A program made the position numbers and the translations under genes. From the NCBI GenBank assembly GCA_045649265.1, contig JAZRPO010000006.1:245-64244 (forward strand): DNA of 64,000 nucleotides, read 5' to 3'. This DNA is from Eubacteriales bacterium. Lineage in GTDB: Bacteria > Bacillota > Clostridia > Oscillospirales > JAAYXM01. Below are positions 58,418 through 64,000 of this stretch, one piece after another (position 1 is the stretch's first letter; each line of letters opens with the position of its first letter). The notes beneath the pieces were generated by a model that worked only from the letters and a program-made list of their open reading frames with translations, was not told the origin of the DNA and ran no database searches.

Positions 58418-58687
58418 TTAAAGTTTATCGGAAAAGTTGCTTCCGACAAGTTCCGTCAAAGCGACAAGCGCCTCGTCTTCATCAACGCCGTCTGCAATTA
58501 TGGTAACCTTTGTGCCTTTGACGATTCCAAGGGACAAAACCCCGAGCAAGCTCTTTGCATTAACGCAACGCTCTTCGCGTTCAACCTGAATACTGCATTT
58601 GAACTCGTTTGCCTTCTGAATAAAAAATGTAGCAGGTCGTGCACGGAGACCTATTTCATTGTTAATGATAACTTCTTTAGAACACAT
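58418..58687 (-). CDS. HPr-like protein, Crh-type (Arg at position 15, Ser46 retained)
   Basis: From ATG 58687 (AGGAG RBS): MCSKEVIINNEIGLRARPATFF...VNAKSLLGVLSLG. The canonical GxHARPA motif reads GLRARPA here (codon 15 = CGT at 58645-58643). The Ser46 motif KS(L/I)(L/M)GV is intact. Confidence 0.8.
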   Translation of the reverse strand: MCSKEVIINNEIGLRARPATFFIQKANEFKCSIQVEREERCVNAKSLLGVLSLGIVKGTKVTIIADGVDEDEALVALTELVGSNFSDKL

Positions 58688-58777
58688 TTGGAGCAATCTC
58701 CTTTTTTAAAATTTAAACTCATTATCCCACATACATATAATAACAAATTCAGCACGTATAAGTCAATATATTTTTAA

Positions 58778-61165
58778 TCAAATTCTCAGTTCTGCAATAG
58801 TTACTCCGTCCTCACCCTCGCCGTAAACTCCCAGTCTCCAGCTTTTAATATGGGGATGTGAGCGCAGATATGAATGCACGGTCTTTCTGAGAATTCCGGT
58901 TCCCTTTCCATGTATTATCGTAACTGAATTCAGTTTTGCAAGGAAAGCTGTGTCGAGATATGAGCCGAGGGTGTATTCAGCTTCATCTGCAGTCATTCCT
59001 CTCAGATCCACCTCGGGTTTTACTGATATATTGCGAAGCTCTGCCTTTTTCTTTGCAACAAAATCATTAACCGTTTTTTGTCCGCTTTCTTCAATGAGAG
59101 AAACCTCTTGGGGCCGAGCCGAAACTTTCATTATCCCCGCCTGAACAGTAAGAAGGCCGGTTTTTTCGGAAATCTCAACCACCGTTCCTTGAAGACCGAG
59201 CTCACAAAGCTCAACGGTATCACCCGGACGAAGCTTTCTCGGAAGTGGCTTTGGGGTGGGCCTTGGTTTTGAACGGATAACTCCGCGTTCTGCTTCGTTA
59301 AGTCCGCGTTTTAATTCATTCTGCGCCTCGTTAATTCTGTTTCTATCTGCCTTTTTTGATTCAAGCTTGCGAATTTCTTTAATTTCTTCAAGCGCCTTGT
59401 CCGCAGCTTCCCTGGCATCCTTCAGAATCTTTTCTGCATCCTCGCGCGCTTTTTCAATAACACTTATTTTTCTTTTTTCAAGCTCTTTTTCAAATTGCTC
59501 AGATTTCTTCTTTCTGTTTTCGACATCAGCGCGCAGAGTATTTGCACGTTCAAGCTCTATATCGAGCTCTTTTTGCTTTTCTTCAAGACGGGAAAGAATT
59601 TCATCAAACCGTTTATCCTCCCGCTCTACTAAACTTCCTGCACTTTCAATAATATTCATCGGAAGCCCAAGACGTTCGGAAATCGCGAAAGCGTTGCTCT
59701 TCCCCGGAATGCCAATAAGCAACCTATACGTTGGTTTTAATGTTGTAACATCAAACTCACAGCTTGCATTTTCAACGCGTTTTGTGATGAGCGCAAAGCT
59801 TTTTAACTCTGCATAGTGAGTTGTTGCTATTATTTTTGCCCCGAGCGACATAATATATTCGATTATTGAAACAGCAAGCGCAGCGCCCTCAACCGGGTCT
59901 GTTCCTGCGCCAAGCTCATCTACAAGAACGAGAGAGTTATCATCTGCCTCACCTACTATTTCAACAATGTTTTTCATGTGTGATGAAAAGGTCGAAAGCG
60001 ATTGTTCTATGCTCTGTTCATCTCCGATATCTGCAAAAATCTTAGTAAATACGGATATTTCACTTCCGTAGTCACACGGAATATACATTCCGCACTCTGC
60101 CATAAGAGTGAGAAGCCCGACTGTTTTAAGGGAAACGGTTTTTCCTCCCGTATTCGGGCCGGTGATGACGAGTGTATCAAAGTCTTCCCCTAGCCTTATT
60201 GATATCGGCACGGTCGTATCCTTATTCAAAAGCGGATGCCTTGCATTTATGAGGTTAACCGTTCCCTTATCATTAACAACGGGAGCTTCGGCATTCATTG
60301 TATAGGAAAGCTGCCCCATAGCAAATATTAAATCAAGTCGGGTGAGAACCTGAAAGTCGCGCTCTAAACCCTCCGAGATATTGGAAGCCTCAGCCGAAAG
60401 GCAGGCAAGGATTCTTTCTATCTCCTTCTTTTCTTCAGCTTCAAGCTCACGCAGGGAGTTATTAAGCTCAACAACCTGCATCGGCTCAACAAAAACCGTT
60501 GCTCCTGTTGAAGAAATATCATGGACAAGGCCCTTAATCTCTCCCTTGTACTCACTCTTAACAGGAACTACATATCTGCCTGAGCGCTGGGTTATTATGG
60601 CTTCCTGCAAGTATTTTGATTTGTTGGGAGAAGACACTATCTGAGCAAGAACTTCTCTTATTTTTTCTCCGCTACGGCGTATTTTTCTGCGAATGGAAAG
60701 AAGCTCTGCAGATGCCGTATCCGCTATCTCCTCCGGGCTAAGAATTGCGCCTCTGATTTTATCTTCAAAACTTTTGTCAATAAACAGAGCTGCAAAAAAA
60801 GAGTCAAGCTCTGTTTTTTCATTTCTTCTGTCATCTTCAAGGTAGCTCTGTGCACCTCTCGCAACTTTAAGGATGTCTGCAACAAATAAAAGTTCTGAGG
60901 GGTTTAAAAGCCCCCCTATTGCAGCACGCCGCAGGAGGGGCGCTATATCCCGCACTCCTGAAAAAGACGGCGCCCCTTTAAGCCCAATCAGCTTTCTTGC
61001 TGCACCTGTCCTTGCCAGGGCAAGTCGCACTTCACCGGCACTTGTAACCGGAACAAGCTCACGAGCAAGTTTTTTTGCACCTTCACTAACCGCATGCTCT
61101 GCCAGAAGCTCAAGGACTGCTGAAAGTTCAAGCGTTTTTATCGATTTTTCATACAAATTGTCCAT
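58778..61165 (-). CDS. mutS2: Endonuclease MutS2
   Basis: Walker A GPNTGGKT, long coiled-coil linker, C-terminal Smr domain (IIHGKGTGILR). Confidence 0.95.
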   Translation of the reverse strand: MDNLYEKSIKTLELSAVLELLAEHAVSEGAKKLARELVPVTSAGEVRLALARTGAARKLIGLKGAPSFSGVRDIAPLLRRAAIGGLLNPSELLFVADILKVARGAQSYLEDDRRNEKTELDSFFAALFIDKSFEDKIRGAILSPEEIADTASAELLSIRRKIRRSGEKIREVLAQIVSSPNKSKYLQEAIITQRSGRYVVPVKSEYKGEIKGLVHDISSTGATVFVEPMQVVELNNSLRELEAEEKKEIERILACLSAEASNISEGLERDFQVLTRLDLIFAMGQLSYTMNAEAPVVNDKGTVNLINARHPLLNKDTTVPISIRLGEDFDTLVITGPNTGGKTVSLKTVGLLTLMAECGMYIPCDYGSEISVFTKIFADIGDEQSIEQSLSTFSSHMKNIVEIVGEADDNSLVLVDELGAGTDPVEGAALAVSIIEYIMSLGAKIIATTHYAELKSFALITKRVENASCEFDVTTLKPTYRLLIGIPGKSNAFAISERLGLPMNIIESAGSLVEREDKRFDEILSRLEEKQKELDIELERANTLRADVENRKKKSEQFEKELEKRKISVIEKAREDAEKILKDAREAADKALEEIKEIRKLESKKADRNRINEAQNELKRGLNEAERGVIRSKPRPTPKPLPRKLRPGDTVELCELGLQGTVVEISEKTGLLTVQAGIMKVSARPQEVSLIEESGQKTVNDFVAKKKAELRNISVKPEVDLRGMTADEAEYTLGSYLDTAFLAKLNSVTIIHGKGTGILRKTVHSYLRSHPHIKSWRLGVYGEGEDGVTIAELRI

Positions 61166-61180
61166 AACAGTCTCCGCAAA

Positions 61181-61921
61181 TCAAAGAAGCCCTTTATAAA
61201 AGGCATCTGTCTTAAAATTTCTGTCAAAATGAAATGTCAGATATTCATTCGTTATCTTAGACATTTTTTTCATGGAATCCTCATTGATTGAAAAGGAAAA
61301 TATTTTTTTCGGGTCCTCAGAAACAACATATTTCATTGCATCAATTACACTTGCATCGACAGAATAGTTTCCGCCAGCGTTGCAGTTTTCACAAACTATG
61401 CCGCCGTTTTTTATATCAAAAAACGAAAAACCTGACTGATGACCGCAGCAAATGCACGAGTTAAGACTTGGAGAATATCCCGATAGTTCAGCCGCTTTCA
61501 GTTCAAAAACCGCCTTAATTCTGTCGTTTGGGATATTGGTCTTTGCAAGTGCATAAAGAGCATTAAGCCCAAGCCTCAAAAGCTCAGGGTTTATCGTATC
61601 TGCATCTGCCGCTTGCTCCAGAACCTCTGCAAAATATGACGCAAGTGCAAGCTTCACAATATCGCCGCGCACACCAAAGAACATTTCAATCGGTTCTGCC
61701 TCGTTGAGAGTATATCTCCCTCCGCTTTCATACAGAGTAAATTCTGAGTATGTGAGAAGCTGTATTGCCGCAGAGACCTTGCTGCCCTTTCTTTTTGCAC
61801 CTCGTGCAAGAACAGAAAGCTTCCCCGAACATTCCGTAAGAACACTCAGCATAACATCAGCATCTTTATACGGAGTTTCGCGTAATATCAATCCTTTTTC
61901 AACTATCTGCACCTGCAACAC
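61181..61921 (-). CDS. recO: DNA repair protein RecO
   Basis: OB-fold N-domain, zinc-finger CxxC...CxxC (CICCG...CENC), position after era. Confidence 0.85.
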   Translation of the reverse strand: MLQVQIVEKGLILRETPYKDADVMLSVLTECSGKLSVLARGAKRKGSKVSAAIQLLTYSEFTLYESGGRYTLNEAEPIEMFFGVRGDIVKLALASYFAEVLEQAADADTINPELLRLGLNALYALAKTNIPNDRIKAVFELKAAELSGYSPSLNSCICCGHQSGFSFFDIKNGGIVCENCNAGGNYSVDASVIDAMKYVVSEDPKKIFSFSINEDSMKKMSKITNEYLTFHFDRNFKTDAFYKGLL

Positions 61922-61948
61922 CGCCTATAAAGCAAAATAACTTTACAG

Positions 61949-62839
61949 TTAAAGCTCGTATCCGAAATTTTTAATGAGAATATCGTTATCACGCCAGTTT
62001 TCTTTAACCTTAACCCATGTTTCGAGATAAACCTTTGTTCCCATAAACCTCTCTATCTCACGGCGCGCACTCTCTCCAATTTTTTTCAGCATCGCACCAT
62101 TTTTACCTATTATGATTCCCTTATGGCTGTCGCGTTCACAGTAAATCGTTGCCACAACATCTATAATTTCGTTATCACGCTCTGAAAAGCGCGTAATCTC
62201 AACTGCTGTGCCATGCGGTATTTCGTGATTCAAAAGCCTTAAGAGCTTTTCTCTTATAATTTCAGCAACCATGTGTTTTTCAGGCTGGTCAGATACCATA
62301 TCCTCAGGAAAAAGAGCAGGCCCTTCAGAAATGAATCTGTCAAGCTCGCTGTATATGCTTTCAATTCCATCGCCACAAGCTGCGGAAATCGGAATTATCG
62401 CAGCAAAATCAAATGCTTTGCTATACTCCTCAATAACCGGGAAAATATCTTTTTTTTCTATTGTGTCAATCTTGTTTATCAGCAAAACAGCAGGGACATT
62501 GCTCTGTGAAATACGGGCAATTATATCTTTCTCAATCTGCCCGATATTTGCAATGGGCGCAACAAGCATAAGAATAACATCCACATCAGAAATTGAGTCC
62601 CCCGCTACCTTGACCATATACTCAGCAAGATGGGTTTTCGGCGTGTGGATGCCCGGAGTATCAAGGAAGACATACTGCGTTTTTTCGCGATTGATAATTC
62701 CGCATATTCTGTTTCTTGTAGTCTGCGGTTTATCGGATACTATCGCTATTTTCTCACCCGCAAGTGAATTAATAAGGGTTGATTTTCCCACATTTGGGCG
62801 ACCTATAATTGCAATCATCCCTGATTTTTTAATCTCCAT
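61949..62839 (-). CDS. era: GTPase Era
   Basis: G1 GRPNVGKST, DTPG, NKID, C-terminal KH domain (VKENWRD). Confidence 0.95.
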   Translation of the reverse strand: MEIKKSGMIAIIGRPNVGKSTLINSLAGEKIAIVSDKPQTTRNRICGIINREKTQYVFLDTPGIHTPKTHLAEYMVKVAGDSISDVDVILMLVAPIANIGQIEKDIIARISQSNVPAVLLINKIDTIEKKDIFPVIEEYSKAFDFAAIIPISAACGDGIESIYSELDRFISEGPALFPEDMVSDQPEKHMVAEIIREKLLRLLNHEIPHGTAVEITRFSERDNEIIDVVATIYCERDSHKGIIIGKNGAMLKKIGESARREIERFMGTKVYLETWVKVKENWRDNDILIKNFGYEL

Positions 62840-62864
62840 ATTTTTCTCCTCTTTGTATAATGTT

Positions 62865-64000
62865 CTACTTTTTTACTCTTTTTGAAAGCAAATATGTCGG
62901 TATCATCCACATCATCATATAAACGAATACAGAATGCGGCGGAATCAGATTCGGTTTTTGAATGAAAGTCAAATAAAACATAAGCAGCATACCTATAATT
63001 GCGCCAAGCGCCGTAAGGCAGATGTTACGCACAGTTGCTCTCCTGAGCTTTTTAGAGGCAAGCACCGCGTTTGCAAAAGGATAAAGACCGCTTCTTGTTA
63101 TTACAGCGCAAGCATCCTCATTTATAAATTGTTCTTCCGATGATAAATCTATTCTTTCTTCAATTTCAGGATATTCAAGCGATGAATCAGGCAGATCAAA
63201 CGTCTTTTCAACCATCATTGGCAAGAGATTGAAATCACGCAAAGCAAGAACAACCGGAACTCTCTTTTTAACCATAATATGCAGGGCGCGTTCAACCTCT
63301 ATATTCGCTTTATAATTTACATTGAAAACTCCGGCAGCTTCTTTGTTTATAGCTACAAAAATTGAGTTTTTAGTATTAGTTCCCGCACCGATCTTGACAC
63401 CTGAGCGCAGCATAAAGCCTGCACTTCCAACCAAAACTGCATCATCTCCAATCCGAGCCTCTATTCCTCCCGACTCATGATACTGAAGGTTTTTAACGTT
63501 CGTCGGCAGTGCATATCTGCTTTTTAAAAGGTCTGCAAAAACATCTGAAAGCCCACTCTTTGTTTCAGCTATAATGCTTGCGGCATAGCAGACGGTTTGT
63601 TCAAGTGAAAATTCACCCAAAACCTTAAGACCATGGAGGGAGATTGTCCCCTTCGGGAATATATCCTCATCACAAACAATAACGTTCGCACGATTTGAAA
63701 GGTTTCTCGCTGAGAACCATCCCGAAATTGCAGCGCCTATGGATGACAGATTCTTAGCTACGCATGAAAACGGATGTGAAAATGAAAGCATTGTAAAAAA
63801 CGGAGTTGATACCGAAGAAATAGCTGCAAGTGCCCAGAAAAAATGCTCGGGAGTTCTTGTTCCCACCGATGAAACAAGCGCAAATACGATTGAGGAAACT
63901 ATGACAAACGGAGCTAAGAAGGTCCAGAAGGTGCGAGAGGCATCTTTGTCGTTTATATGGGATATAAACGAACGCGTATCCTCCGTTGCCTGCTTGACTA
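62865..64000 (-). CDS. P-type (heavy-metal type) ATPase-like membrane protein with degenerate catalytic motifs (C-terminal part; continues past the right edge)
   Basis: The frame stays open beyond the GTG at 63866 to the window end by my translation (...FWTFLAPFVIVSSIVFALVSSV GTRTPEHFF...). The layout matches the P1B-ATPase cytoplasmic loop plus the last two TMs. The DKTGT position reads VIVCDEDIFPKGT and the TGDN position reads LALRDFN. Confidence 0.5.
   Translation of the reverse strand, partial: VKQATEDTRSFISHINDKDASRTFWTFLAPFVIVSSIVFALVSSVGTRTPEHFFWALAAISSVSTPFFTMLSFSHPFSCVAKNLSSIGAAISGWFSARNLSNRANVIVCDEDIFPKGTISLHGLKVLGEFSLEQTVCYAASIIAETKSGLSDVFADLLKSRYALPTNVKNLQYHESGGIEARIGDDAVLVGSAGFMLRSGVKIGAGTNTKNSIFVAINKEAAGVFNVNYKANIEVERALHIMVKKRVPVVLALRDFNLLPMMVEKTFDLPDSSLEYPEIEERIDLSSEEQFINEDACAVITRSGLYPFANAVLASKKLRRATVRNICLTALGAIIGMLLMFYLTFIQKPNLIPPHSVFVYMMMWMIPTYLLSKRVKK

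Noticed and set aside
59256-59816. 186-aa plus-strand Ser/Phe-rich ORF, with similar ORFs at 60873-61199 and 62271-62885.
   Set aside because: They are antisense shadows of the mutS2 coiled-coil region and era. Their composition mirrors the Glu/Lys-rich sense frame.
1-64000. Window-wide look for CRISPR arrays, rRNA genes, IS elements or transposases, prophage genes and long tandem repeats.
   Set aside because: I saw none. All intergenic gaps longer than about 100 nt are accounted for by promoters, leaders, tRNAs or terminators. No ORF resembles a transposase, Cas protein or phage structural protein. This was a visual scan only, so short or degenerate repeats could have been missed.

Overview
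This 64-kb window reads as core chromosome of a low-to-moderate GC, spore-forming Firmicute, probably Clostridia. That call rests on gene content and order only; no search was run. Coding density is high and nearly all genes are housekeeping. They include scpA-scpB, ytfI/ytfJ-like sporulation genes, a D-Ala-D-Ala carboxypeptidase and ldh. The infC-rpmI-rplT operon has a leader/attenuator and a non-AUG infC start. The conserved block tig-clpP-clpX-lon-engB-lysA is present. Further genes are thrC, yraN-rnhB-rbgA-lepB-rplS, nrdR, secDF, purB, asnS, ackA, tmcAL, murD, mtaB-murB-rapZ-whiA-dnaE-pfkA, coaD-rsmD-uvrC and mutS2-recO-era. There are two stand-alone tRNA genes, Gln-CUG and Pro-GGG, each with its own promoter and terminator. 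I saw no rRNA, CRISPR array, IS element or prophage. The one clearly accessory-looking locus follows tRNA-Gln: an AT-rich, self-contained gene at 5969-7507 with its own sigma-70-type promoter, RBS and bidirectional terminator. It encodes a 512-aa protein with an uncharacterised N-terminal half, a SAP/HeH-like DNA-binding motif and a C-terminal domain that I align by eye to the FokI cleavage domain (PD...DxK). No methyltransferase or other partner gene is nearby. This is my best candidate for a novel single-gene defence or restriction-like system, but it remains a hypothesis. Lesser oddities are a structured spacer with a duplicated terminator arm after the tRNA, a MacA/MacB-like adaptor plus permease pair lacking an ATPase gene, and a divergent small Cys-rich ORF. 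Others are a 15-bp perfect palindrome upstream of a tyrosine recombinase, a Lys/Thr/Ala-rich tail on trigger factor, and two HPr-like proteins lacking His15 (one Crh-like with Arg15). rapZ-whiA lacks the usual intervening yvcK, and the right edge holds a P-type-ATPase-like protein with degenerate catalytic motifs. All domain calls come from reading the translations; no database search, alignment program or fold prediction was run.
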